Made by a program: the position numbers and the translations under genes | Source of the DNA: TPA_inf: Saccharomyces | Taxonomy: Eukaryota | Length of the DNA: 64,000 nt | Assembly (NCBI GenBank): GCA_000146045.2 | Contig: BK006934.2 | Location: forward strand, 32,001 to 96,000 | Reading direction: 5' to 3' | The notes under the pieces: model-generated | What the model saw: only the letters and a program-made list of their open reading frames with translations | What the model was told of the DNA's origin: nothing | Databases searched by the model: none | In this document: piece after piece, positions 1 through 11,000 of the stretch | Position numbering within the stretch: position 1 is the stretch's first letter | How the letters are laid out: every line of letters begins with the position of its first letter

Positions 1-756
1 GTCTTTAATCGGTGAAGTGAGCTTTATTGGCTGTAAGGTTGAAGTAATTACGAATTCAAAGATGTAAAATATCTGTGAGGGTACATCATCGATATTACCA
101 ATATAGACCGAACGAATTGGAATCCAGGTTGAAATCCAAATAGTTGTATGGGCAGTAAAACAGATGGCCCAAAGATTCGTTGAACGCTTGTAAACTCTTA
201 AGATACTTAGGGAAAGTAGTATTAACCAAAATAATAGTAAAGTTGTAACATCTCTGTTCGTTAATTCAATATTGATTTTTGTTACTCTTAAAAAGGAAAG
301 GCCAATTATTTGTAAAGACATTAATACAATTTCAGATGATTTTCTTAAGTGGTCACTAGTAGACGGTCTACTAAACGTTAGTCCACCATGATTTTTAGCA
401 TCGATTTGCTTGACATCTATAGTTGTTATATCAAAATGTCTAAGTTTCAAAATCCTTCCTTGCTTTTTGACGTTGACGTAATTGGCTTGGGTATTTGAGT
501 TCCGTAGAAGTCTTTCTATACTATTATCTTCTTTTCTCTCTTCTTGTGCGCCAAATAGATATTCGTTCACTAAATCGCACTCGGCAGATCTTACATAACG
601 AGATAATCCACTGCGACAAAGTGCGAAAATGCCAATTGAGGCTATGATAGCCAATGGTAAATAGTAGCTCAATAGCTGAGTTCTTCCTAAACGAGTAAAA
701 TCATCAACTTCCCAAAATGAACCATTATTTCGGATAATAAGGGGATCCGTTCCCAT
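1..756 (-). CDS. VMR1: N-terminal 252 codons of the vacuolar ABC transporter Vmr1 (YHL035C). The CDS continues past the left window edge and is 3'-truncated here.
   Basis: Reverse strand from the ATG (complement of 754..756) translates as MGTDPLIIRNNGSFWEVDDFTRLGRTQLLSYYLPLAIIASIGIF... with no stop down to position 1. I recognise this as the Vmr1 N-terminus. The ORF track omits it because no stop codon lies in the window. Confidence 0.8.
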   Translation of the reverse strand, partial: MGTDPLIIRNNGSFWEVDDFTRLGRTQLLSYYLPLAIIASIGIFALCRSGLSRYVRSAECDLVNEYLFGAQEERKEDNSIERLLRNSNTQANYVNVKKQGRILKLRHFDITTIDVKQIDAKNHGGLTFSRPSTSDHLRKSSEIVLMSLQIIGLSFLRVTKINIELTNRDVTTLLLFWLILLSLSILRVYKRSTNLWAICFTAHTTIWISTWIPIRSVYIGNIDDVPSQIFYIFEFVITSTLQPIKLTSPIKD

Positions 757-1192
757 TCTCCGAGGTAGTGAACCATTGAGGTTGCAGCATGAATAAGATA
801 TAGGTGAGAGCTAGCGATTTGACATTTAGTACATAGATATTTATATATATATATAAGGGAGTTTTTTTTTATTTTTTTTTTCAAAATACGAAAATAGCAG
901 TTCACGAGGCACTCACTTACTGGTTTTTAAAAGTGCACCCCTTTCGAAACGTTATGATGCAATCCTTCGTAGTGCTAAAGCAAATCATGTCGAAGAAGTT
1001 AAAGTAGTGTCATTGCAAAAAACTATACGGGGAAGTGTTTGAAAATAAAACAGGGGCGTCTCATTTTTACATATCATATATAGGTATACACGCATATATA
1101 AATACACATATTTCTTTTGCAGGGAAGGTGAACAAAAATACAAAACTCTAGCAAAAACTCAAGTTAGAAATAGGGATGTGGGTAAGAAGTAA

Positions 1193-2077
1193 TTATTCTT
1201 GCTTTTCTTCAGAACCAGTTTCTTGCTCAATTTCTTCTTCATCATTTTCTGGTCTAATAACAGCAACATCTACAGTTAACTCCCTGTCACCGAAAACCTT
1301 GCCTTTAAATTCTTCAGCTTTAGCTTCAATATCAACGTTTTCACCACTGAAAGTGACAAATGCCATACCTCTATTAGCAGAATCGGATGTGAAGATCCTA
1401 CCAGTGTGTTGGTCTCTCATTTTTCTCATTGGCAAAGAGATGGAGTCGGCGTCAGTACCGAAAAATTCAGCGACCTCCTCTTTGGTAGCTTTGAATGGGA
1501 CGTTATTAATATATAAGGTATCCTTTGATCTTTCCATTTGGTCTAATGGAATCTTTTCCCTTTTTTGTCCATTGAAACCACCTCTGGCGCCGCCTCTACC
1601 TCTGAAGTTCCCTCTGCCTCTGAAACCTCCTCTGTAGCCGCCTCTGAAACCTCCTCTAAAACCTCCTCTGCCTCTGAAACCGCCTCTGCCTCTGAAACCT
1701 CCTCTTTGCATTTGGCCTGGAGTTCTAGCTCTCTTAATATGAATTTCTCTGTCCTTAACGACTTTCGTGTCATAATTCTCCTTGATATTATCAAAATCAA
1801 TCTTGGTTGGGAACTTGACTAGAGCGTGTTTACTAGCTGGAATGTGACCGTCGGTGTGTTCCTTAATTGGGATCTCTACGCTGACTTCATCCCCGAATTC
1901 CTCCACAAACAATTGCTTCAAGTCGTCTTCGGTACATTCGTGAGCAACATTACCAATAAAGATTGTGTCCTCGGGGTCAATTACTGTCTTATGAGTAGGA
2001 GCCCTTGGTTGCTGTTCGGAGTCGTTGATGCTCAAGTTGTTTACGGCATTAGTAGCTTCTTCAATTTCAGCAGACAT
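1193..2077 (-). CDS. SBP1: Sbp1, an RGG-box RNA-binding protein with two RRMs (YHL034C), 294 aa.
   Basis: Full-length ORF with a central (RGGF)n box ([27 protein letters not shown]) flanked by RRM-like segments. Length matches Sbp1. Confidence 0.93.
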
Positions 2078-3254
2078 ATTTTTCTTCGTTTGAGGGTTTT
2101 CTTCTTTCTTTTGGGGGAAACTTCTTCTCTCGATGTAGTGATAACTCAGTAACTTCCTTTAAATTTGCAGAATGATTATTTTGAGTCCAATTGCGTATCC
2201 TTTATGCCACAACCTGTGACACTCAGGGTGGCTAAATTAGAAAAATTTTATTCTGCTTTTCGACTAGTTTTGCCCCTTCCCTTTGGCGACGCGTCACCTG
2301 GGACGGGAATTTAAAGATAATAAAGAGGCAATTCATACAAATTTTAAAATATTTAGCGGCAGTAGTGACCCAAAAAATAGTGTACTATCATATTTTCACT
2401 ACCATAATTGGCTGCAAAATAGTTACTAGTACAGGTCAAAACGAGCAGGGCCTTTTTAGGAGAAATTGTATATACTTTTCAATATTTTCCGCTCGATGAT
2501 AAAATTGGTAAATTGTAGATCTAATAACTTAATTGCAGAGAAATTTATGTATTTGAGATCCCTAGATAGTGCCTACATTGCCTTAGCCTTAATTTTAAAT
2601 ATAAAGTTCCCCATACAAAATGCAAGTGTACAGCGCGGCCACCTGCAGAAGTAGCATGGTGACTCTTAGTGTGCGGCCTCGAAGTCTTTCATAACTGTAA
2701 CGGACGTCTACTGACGACATTTCAAATGACATTACATTTATTCTTGACTCGACCAATGATCGTGGAGTTTCAAACATCGTTAAACACGCCATATCAGACT
2801 AACTGGACGCTGGCTTCAAGATTGCCAGCTGCACGGGTAGCGCAAGTGAGAATATGAATTTGAACTTCTTCCCAGCATCAATCCGATATGGCAATACTTA
2901 TTTACAACGGTGACTACTTCTGTAACTTTGTCTCGAAACCACGGCTTTCACTCACTTCAATGGCACAATCATATCGCTTTTGGATGTTAATGACCTTCTG
3001 ACCTAATAATCTTGGATGCGATCAACATAGCTTAGGTAATCCAAAACTACTAAGGCATGCAAAATTATTGTGATATTCAAAATAAGTCGATATGATTTTC
3101 CTATAATGAGGTACTTCCCATGGTCCAAGTATCAAAGCTTCAACAAAGCAATCACCTTAAAAGGTTATTTAAGGTCATTATTATATTAAAACGTTTGAAA
3201 ATTAATATTATTATTAAAAAATAAATTTTTTATGCAAAATTTCTCATTTTCAAT

Positions 3255-4025
3255 TTAAGCGGAGTCGGAGTTCTTAGCTCTCTTGTCCATCTTGGCTTGA
3301 GCCTTGTTACCAAGGATACCACCACCCCAGTGCTTCTTGACTTCATCGTATTTGTCAGCGAAGTTAGCGTCAATGGTAGAAACCAACTTAGCCAAAGCAG
3401 CTTCGTCTTCGGCTCTGACTTCAGTCAAAGCGGCAACGGCAGAGGTCTTTTGGTTAACCAAGGTACCCAATCTAGCCTTACCCTTGACAATGGCGTATGG
3501 AACACCCATCTTCTTACACAAAGCTGGCAAAAAGACAACCAATTCAATTGGGTCGACATCGTTAGCAATCAAAACCAACTTAGCCTTCTTGTTTTCGATC
3601 AAGGCAACAACGTGGTTCAAACCGTACTTGACAGCGTATGGCTTTGGAGAAGCATCTTGCTTGGACTTACCTTCAGCAACAGCGGCAGCTTCTTTGGTCA
3701 ATCTTTCCTTCTTTTCAGCAGCAGTTTCTGGTCTGTACTTGTTGAACAACTTGAAGGTTTCGGCAGCGGTGTTTCTGTCCAAAGTGTATTGGAATTGAGC
3801 AATGGTTGGAGGAACCTTCAATCTGATGGACAAGATCTTCTTTTGTCTTTGCACTCTGACGTATTCTGGCCATTTGACGTATCTGGACAAGTTTCTCTTT
3901 GGTTGGACAGCTTGACCAATACCGAAGTTCTTTGGAGTAGAGTGAGTCAATGGGTTTCTAGTCTTGTTAGACTTAGTTGACTTAGCACCGAATGGAGCTG
4001 GAGCGACTTTCTTACCTGGGGCCAT
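3255..4025 (-). CDS. RPL8A: Ribosomal protein L8A (YHL033C, L7Ae family), 256 aa.
   Basis: Translation [19 protein letters not shown]...[25 protein letters not shown]. Strong codon bias. No intron. Confidence 0.95.
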
Positions 4026-4253
4026 TTCGAATTAGTTGTTTTGATGTGATAATAGAGGGTAAGCAATGTAAACTGACAACTGGAATAGTAATTGATAGAT
4101 ACAAATTCCTCGCCTTTATAAACAATTTAGCGTCTTTTTTTTTTTGCGTTGGTTTTTCCAATTTGTTTGCGTCGGTTATTATTTTTCAATAAAAATAAAT
4201 AAGAAAATGAGAAAAAAATGAAAAATGAAAAAAAAAAAATCTGATGGCCTAGA

Positions 4254-4266
4254 TATGTTTGGGTGT
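4254..4266 (-). promoter_or_regulatory. Rap1-binding site in the RPL8A promoter.
   Basis: The minus strand reads ACACCCAAACATA, which fits the ribosomal-protein Rap1 consensus ACACCCRYACAYM. It lies about 230 bp upstream of the RPL8A ATG. Confidence 0.55.
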
Positions 4267-4378
4267 TTTCTTCATAATACTAGTGTTACAGTCATTTGAA
4301 TAGTACATGATGCAATAGAAGGTGGAGAGGAATATAAAATTATGGAAATTACATTGTTAATAGAAATTATTTATGTTG

Positions 4379-6508
4379 TTATTGGAAGTTTTCTAGAACC
4401 TGTTCGTGTTCACCTTCTATGTCCTTCAGCCAACCTTTGGATCTTTCCACGGCAACTTCCCAATACTTCCAATGCTTTCTCCTTTCAGCATCGTCGGATT
4501 CACTTCTGAATATCTTAAGGTTTGGATGAGCCTCTGGTGATATTTGTTCGTTTTTCTCCATTCCATTGTAAAAGACCCATTTCTTAACATCGTGTAGGTC
4601 CTTCCATAATGGGCGCTCGTTCACATCCTTGAAAGCCATATTGGCTGCAATGGCTGCCCCCAATGCGGTACATTCCGCTGTCGGAGACCTTCTGACTTTG
4701 ACACAGGGACCTAAGATATCGGCTTGAATTTGCATGACTTCATTAGACCTCGACATCCCGCCATCCACTGCCAGAACCGACAGGGGCGACTTTTCATATG
4801 TGACGTCGGAAATTTCCTCTAAAAAGTCCCTGTCTTTGGAACCTTCACCAAACGCGTCAGAACTCATTGCCTTCAAGATAGCCCTGGCTTGAAAGCAAAC
4901 ACCTTCCACGGCAGCTCTGGCGATGTGGGAGGCAGTAGTGAATTGAGACATCCCCATTATGGTGGCTCTGGCATCTGGGTCCCAATAGGGAGCGAATAGG
5001 CCACTAAATGCGGGGACGAAAACTACGCCACCAGAATCAGGAACCGTAGATGCAATCGGTCCGACATCCTCTGATTTATCGATCAATCGTAAATTATCAC
5101 GTAGCCATTGGACCACAGCACCAGCCACAGCGACGGAACCCTCTAATGCAAAATGTGGCTTGCTCAATTCTGGTTTTTGGCCACCGTACTCTTGCAAATG
5201 TGGGAACCAAAATGCTAGAGTCGTCAGTGCGCCATGTTGGGAGATCAATTTTTTGGTCCCCGTATTGTACAGTAAAAAGCAACCGGTACCATAAGTACAT
5301 TTTGCAGCACCGGGTTTGTAAGCGAGTTGCCCCACCATGGATGCGCTTTGGTCGCCCAGACAGCCCTGTATGGGCAGGTTTCTCTTGACTAGATCTCGCA
5401 GTACTGTTTTTGGCGAATCGTGTAGCTTTTCCATTATCCAATCAGGAATGCCAAAGTCACCGTAGTATTGAGATGAGGACACAATTTCGGGCATGTGAAT
5501 CAGGTTCTTGTCAATACCCCAAAATTCCAGCAACTCGTTGTCGTACTTTAAAGTGGAGAGGTTCATAAATCCAGTTCTGGAAGCGTTGGTTACGTCAGAA
5601 ACGAACGCCTTTTGTTTAGTTAATTGGTAAATCAGCCATGTGTCCACAGTGCCGAACATCAGGTCGTTCTCCTCATACGCCTTGGTACACAGAGGCTCAT
5701 TGTCGAGGAACCAGCGCAGCTTGGAACAGGAGAAATACGTGGAGAGCAATGGCAATCCAGTCTTCTGTCTAAGCTGCAGTTGCCTATCGACGCTAGTGTT
5801 TTGCCATTTGTCTCTAACGATTTTGATCGTTCTGGTGTCGTTCCAAACAATACCGTAGTTAACAATTGGTTTTCCTGTGCGGCGGGACCACAGAATTGTG
5901 GTTTCTCTCATGTTTGCTATACCCATGCATATTACCTTGTAAGGTGGGAGACCGTTTGCTACACGTTCGCTGTTGATAGTCTGCAGAGAGAGCAAACTTG
6001 AGGCAAGGCATTGGACGACGTTCACCAGTAATTTCTGCGGATGGCACTCAACCCAACCCGGTTTGGGGAACTTCAACGTGGGTTCGTTATGGAAGTCCAA
6101 GTCCAATTCCTCGATTTTTAGGAATTTGGTTTCTTGAATGGCATAGCCTTCTGCAGAAAAGATGGGCTTTCCGCTGGTTTTGATGTCACCGGCGTTTGGT
6201 GTTTCACGAGCTGGGGCTGTAGAGGGTCTCCTTAGGCCAGACACCCCAATCTTGCCCTTCGATGCTGAAGTTGAATATTCAATTTGGTGTTTTGAAACGT
6301 CCTGGCCCCATCTGTTGAACAGAATGCATCTGGATGAGGTCGTTCCTACATCAATACTGGCGATAAGCGGGACGTAGTCACTTCGTAAATCTTCCATTAT
6401 TTTGGACATACGGCTCTGTTCTTGTTTTAAACTAGTGTAAAGGCGCTGGCTTGATCGGAATATGTAACGTTTGGAGAATACTACAAGTCGGAAGAGAGAG
6501 GGAAACAT
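4379..6508 (-). CDS. GUT1: Glycerol kinase (FGGY family), YHL032C, 709 aa.
   Basis: The track ORF is 720 aa. I trimmed it to the MFPSLFRLVVFSKRY... start, which gives the known 709-aa length. FGGY kinase motifs are present (DVGTTSSR, GTGCF). Confidence 0.92.
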   Translation of the reverse strand: MFPSLFRLVVFSKRYIFRSSQRLYTSLKQEQSRMSKIMEDLRSDYVPLIASIDVGTTSSRCILFNRWGQDVSKHQIEYSTSASKGKIGVSGLRRPSTAPARETPNAGDIKTSGKPIFSAEGYAIQETKFLKIEELDLDFHNEPTLKFPKPGWVECHPQKLLVNVVQCLASSLLSLQTINSERVANGLPPYKVICMGIANMRETTILWSRRTGKPIVNYGIVWNDTRTIKIVRDKWQNTSVDRQLQLRQKTGLPLLSTYFSCSKLRWFLDNEPLCTKAYEENDLMFGTVDTWLIYQLTKQKAFVSDVTNASRTGFMNLSTLKYDNELLEFWGIDKNLIHMPEIVSSSQYYGDFGIPDWIMEKLHDSPKTVLRDLVKRNLPIQGCLGDQSASMVGQLAYKPGAAKCTYGTGCFLLYNTGTKKLISQHGALTTLAFWFPHLQEYGGQKPELSKPHFALEGSVAVAGAVVQWLRDNLRLIDKSEDVGPIASTVPDSGGVVFVPAFSGLFAPYWDPDARATIMGMSQFTTASHIARAAVEGVCFQARAILKAMSSDAFGEGSKDRDFLEEISDVTYEKSPLSVLAVDGGMSRSNEVMQIQADILGPCVKVRRSPTAECTALGAAIAANMAFKDVNERPLWKDLHDVKKWVFYNGMEKNEQISPEAHPNLKIFRSESDDAERRKHWKYWEVAVERSKGWLKDIEGEHEQVLENFQ

Positions 6509-6814
6509 ATAACTATTTGTATAGTTCCGGCCACAACTCAAACCACATGGTATATTTTATATGGTTCGAGAACAGGCATCCCCCCACATTTTATTACACC
6601 TTATCCGTTCTAAAAGTCTTGGCTGTCTTTTTTTCCTTTCCTTTTCCTTTTTTTTTTTTCAATTTTTTTGTCAATGCAGTCAGCCCCTCACTATGCTACT
6701 CCACACCCTTTAATTGATGGTTTTACTCCAATTAGAAGAGAAGAATTACGAAATGGCCTGTATGGGTAGATTCTTGTTATGTTTTTACATACGTTGTTTA
6801 ATAAAAGTCGTTAT

Positions 6815-7486
6815 TTACCATGTGAAAAACAAAAACAGTATACAAAGGGTGGTTATCGTGGCCAATACAAACGCGTTTTTCTTCCTTCTCGTGTTAATCT
6901 TCATAATAAGCTGATTGACACCTGGTATTCTTTGTAAAGTTTGCAACACCTTGTTGTTTGCCGTGTTCAGCACGTTGCTCTGCGAGTGGAACTGCGACCG
7001 AGTCTCCCAGGCTTGGGAGATGAGACGGTCGACTACGTTGTTGGACTGATCGATTCGCCTTGTTTCGTTCTGAATGTACTCGTCAGCATCCCCTATAGGA
7101 GCTGGCGCGTCCGTTGTGGAATTAGCAATATCGTTCTTCACGCTGAATAACAAGTTTAGTCTGTTGCGCTCTTGCTGGATGGAGGACCTGATATTGCGGA
7201 AGCTCTTCCAGTGGTCTTGTAAGATCTCCTTGTGGCGGTGCAGTTGGGAAAGCTTTGAGGCGGAGATTGCCGGGTTAGAATCGCAGATTTGTGTTAATGA
7301 ATCGATTACATCCTGTCTCTGGCCTAAGATTCCCTCCAACTGCTTGTCTATCTTCTTTTCTTGGCCAGTTTGTTCTGAACTAGTTGTCTGCGCGAATGTG
7401 GAGTACTTGGAAAGAAGTGACTCCGTTTGTGTTTCTAGAGAAATGGCCTTGCCCCTTATGGTGACGAAAGACGGTTGTGAGCTCAT
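6815..7486 (-). CDS. GOS1: Golgi v-SNARE Gos1 (YHL031C), 223 aa.
   Basis: Full ORF with a SNARE coiled-coil and a C-terminal TM anchor (AFVLATITTLCILFLFFTW). Confidence 0.92.
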   Translation of the reverse strand: MSSQPSFVTIRGKAISLETQTESLLSKYSTFAQTTSSEQTGQEKKIDKQLEGILGQRQDVIDSLTQICDSNPAISASKLSQLHRHKEILQDHWKSFRNIRSSIQQERNRLNLLFSVKNDIANSTTDAPAPIGDADEYIQNETRRIDQSNNVVDRLISQAWETRSQFHSQSNVLNTANNKVLQTLQRIPGVNQLIMKINTRRKKNAFVLATITTLCILFLFFTW

Positions 7487-8083
7487 GTGGTGTGGTTGCT
7501 TGTCTGGAATTGGGCTTTTCCCTGTGTCTAGTTAGTTTATTTTTTCCTTGTCTTTTTATCTCTTTTTTTTTGTTTTTCGTTCTCTTTATTTTCAACAACG
7601 CCTAGAAAATTTGGTTACCAACCACACTATTGAACAAAGATAACTAACTGATTGAACAAGAGTAGGCGTCTTACACTGGGTTTGCAAGTGTCATTGACTT
7701 TTGTTGCATTGCTGTGAAATGCACATTCGGAGCAGTTGAAGGTCTCTTGCTGAATGCTCACATATTTTCAAAATATTGTTTTGGCTGCGGAGTTTGTGCC
7801 TGATCAGTAACTACCAATCTCGTGAGATTTTTCATAAGCATCTTTGAAAGCTTTTATACTTATTTGATCTTTGTATATATCAGGTTTTACCAGTTTAGCC
7901 GCCAGAGTTTTGGTATTTATGTGTTACCCGGTATATCCATATGCCTTTTCTTGGTGGCAAAAAAAAGGTACTTCCTGATATAAAGAAGCTGGTAAGCTCT
8001 CGATAACTGATCTCTTTGTCTTTGTGCAGGATTGGATAATACAATAATTATAGAAAAGTTTCTATTTCACCACGAACAACATT

Positions 8084-11000
8084 ATGTCCATTTCTTCTGA
8101 CGAAGCGAAAGAAAAACAGCTCGTGGAGAAGGCAGAATTGCGCCTGGCTATCGCAGATTCCCCTCAAAAGTTCGAAACTAATCTGCAGACTTTTTTGCCT
8201 CCATTATTACTAAAACTCGCCTCTCCACATGCCTCCGTTAGAACAGCAGTATTTTCAGCCTTAAAAAACCTCATTTCTAGGATAAATACGCTGCCCCAGG
8301 TTCAGCTTCCTGTGAGGGCGCTTATTGTCCAAGCAAAGGAACCCAATTTAGCCGCTCAACAAGACTCGACCAATGTCCGCCTTTACAGTCTGCTACTGGC
8401 GTCTAAAGGCATAGATAGGCTTTCCTTGCAAGATAGACAGCAGTTGCTACCGTTAGTCGTTTCGAACATCTCGTGTCTAACAGGCACAGTAGCCGCCAGA
8501 ATGTTCCACATCCTTTTGAAGCTTATTTTGGAATGGGTTGCACCCCAGGAGTCTTCACATGAGCAGGAAGAATTTGTTCAGTTCCTTCAACTGGACAACG
8601 ACGGTTTTTCGTTTTTGATGCGCCAATTTACCAGGTTTTTTCTGCTGGTACCTTCAAAGCAAGTCCAGGTTTCTCAACAGCCCCTGTCGAGAGGTTACAC
8701 ATGTCCGGGCCTATCTCTAACTGATGTGGCATTCTTTACTTATGATGCGGGCGTTACTTTCAACAAAGAACAGCTGAATAAGTTCAAAAAGGCTATTTTT
8801 CAATTTGTTTGCCGTGGCATGGCGGCTACCCAAACTATTGAGCAGTCACCTAGGATGATTGAACTGATGGAATTTTTGTGCGTTGTCTCTACGGATTCTA
8901 CAAATTTATCTGATGATGCGGCTCAGTTCATGAAACGGTTTCCCATGCCTTATGAAAACGAAGAGTTCATCACCTTTCTTCAGACGCTGTACATCGGCAA
9001 CACAGCAAATGGAAGACCGCCGGTCAAGGCTATCTTGCAAGAAAAAATCCTGTCCATATTAAACAGAAGTCACTTCGCCACCACCAAAGCAGAATGTATT
9101 TCGTTGATTTGCTCTATTGGATTGCATTCATCTGAGTATAAACTTAGATCTTTGACTCTTTCTTTTATTCGACACGTAGCAAAATTAAATTACAAAAATT
9201 TAAATCCTGCTTCTTCATCACCTTCATCAACAGACTTTTCCACTTGTATTGTTTCCTTGATTAGAAATAATCTTCATGCCGAAGGTTGGCCGAAGTTACA
9301 ATTGGGGCCTCAGACCCCAGCTTTCAATACAGCCATTCTGCAGAGACAGCTGCAATATGAAACATTGGGTGATATCTTGAAAAGAGATTTTGAGCTTGTA
9401 AGTGACTTATCCTATATTGAATTTCTATTCGAGTCCTTGAAAAATGACTTACCACAGTTCCGCTCCAGTATTCAGGAGTCTCTGCTTTCTCTAGTAGGCC
9501 ATTTATCAATTCTACCCCAACAATCTAAATTAAAATTAAAAAATTTGCTCAGGAAAAACCTGTCAATTGACGAGCAACAGCGGGAGGATAATAATGATGC
9601 TGTTAATTCTATAATGGCACTCAAATTTGTATCTATAAAATTCACTAACGCTGCCTTCCCCTTCCATGATCCTGAGGCAAGGTTATTCAATATTTGGGGT
9701 ACTGTACGAACGAATAGATTTGACATTATTGAAGAATCCTTTAAGGGGCTTCAACCCTTTTGGTTCAGGGTTAATAATGCTTCCATAAATACATCAGCTA
9801 CCGTGAAAACATCCGATCTGTTGGGCTCTCACTTGTCAGAGACTGAATTTCCTCCATTCCGGGAATTTCTTCAGGTTTTGATCGACCAGCTAGATTCGGA
9901 AGCTGCATCAATTACACGAAAATCACTGAACAACGCTGTCAGATTTAGTAAACAATGTCTCATTTCCAATGCAATATACGGTAAAAAAACAATGGTTATA
10001 CAAGATGAGGATTGGTCAGTTAGAATAGACAAAGCTTTGGAACTTGACGACACAGTTGTGTCCCGAGTTAATGAAATGGTTCAAGGCATGAATGATGATA
10101 TTTTCATTCGCTATTTGACTCTTCTGTCAAACGAGTTTACAGCTACGAACAGTAAGGGTGAACAAATTGCAATATTTCCATATCAAGATCCAATTTTTGG
10201 TTCTGTCTTATTAACTTTATTGAATTTTGTGAGCAATAATGTTTTACGGAGATTGGAAATTCTTGTTCCCGATTTATACCATCTAGTTATCATGAAATTT
10301 CAATCGTTGAGTGATAATGATCTTGCAGTCTGTGCAACCATCATCGGTATAATTTCTACTGCTATCGCAGACTCGACTCACGTTAAGCGAATCACAAAAA
10401 TAGCACAATCACAAACAATGGCAGAGACATATGTTGCATCTTATGTTGTTCCACGATTATATTTGAAAGATCAAACAAATCACATTGAATCTGACAGTAT
10501 CCTAAACCTATTAAACATTTTAACAACTCATCTATCGCATCCTGGCACTAACAAGGATATGATATTAAAGTTGGTCTGCCAAGTGACAAAATTCGGTTTA
10601 CTTCTCCAAGTAAGTGCACAAGAAAGGAAAGATTTCTTGAAAAAAGTCATGGATACTATACAAGACAAATTGATCAACGATGTGACAGCAATTCAAACGT
10701 GGTCATACCTATCACTATATTCAACAGATTTAGAGAATTCCAGTCTTTTTCAAGAAAAATTACTTGAAACTAACGTTTCTAAGCAAAACGATTTCTTATT
10801 TTCAGTTGGTGAATCTTTAAGTGTTGTGGCTGGTAAATGGTCAAGTAAGTACTTGATCAAACAGATTGATATTCCTAATTTCAATGTTGAGATCATGCAA
10901 CAAAAATTCCCTGCTACAAATGTTACCACTATACTTGATGAGATCTTTTCAGGTTGCGACTCTACAAAACCCTCTCTGAGGAAGGCATCTTGTATTTGGC

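Noticed and set aside
3297-3980. 227-aa and 164-aa plus-strand ORFs antisense to RPL8A.
   Set aside because: They are fully contained within the highly expressed, strongly codon-biased RPL8A CDS on the opposite strand. The absence of stops is a typical frame-shadow artefact.
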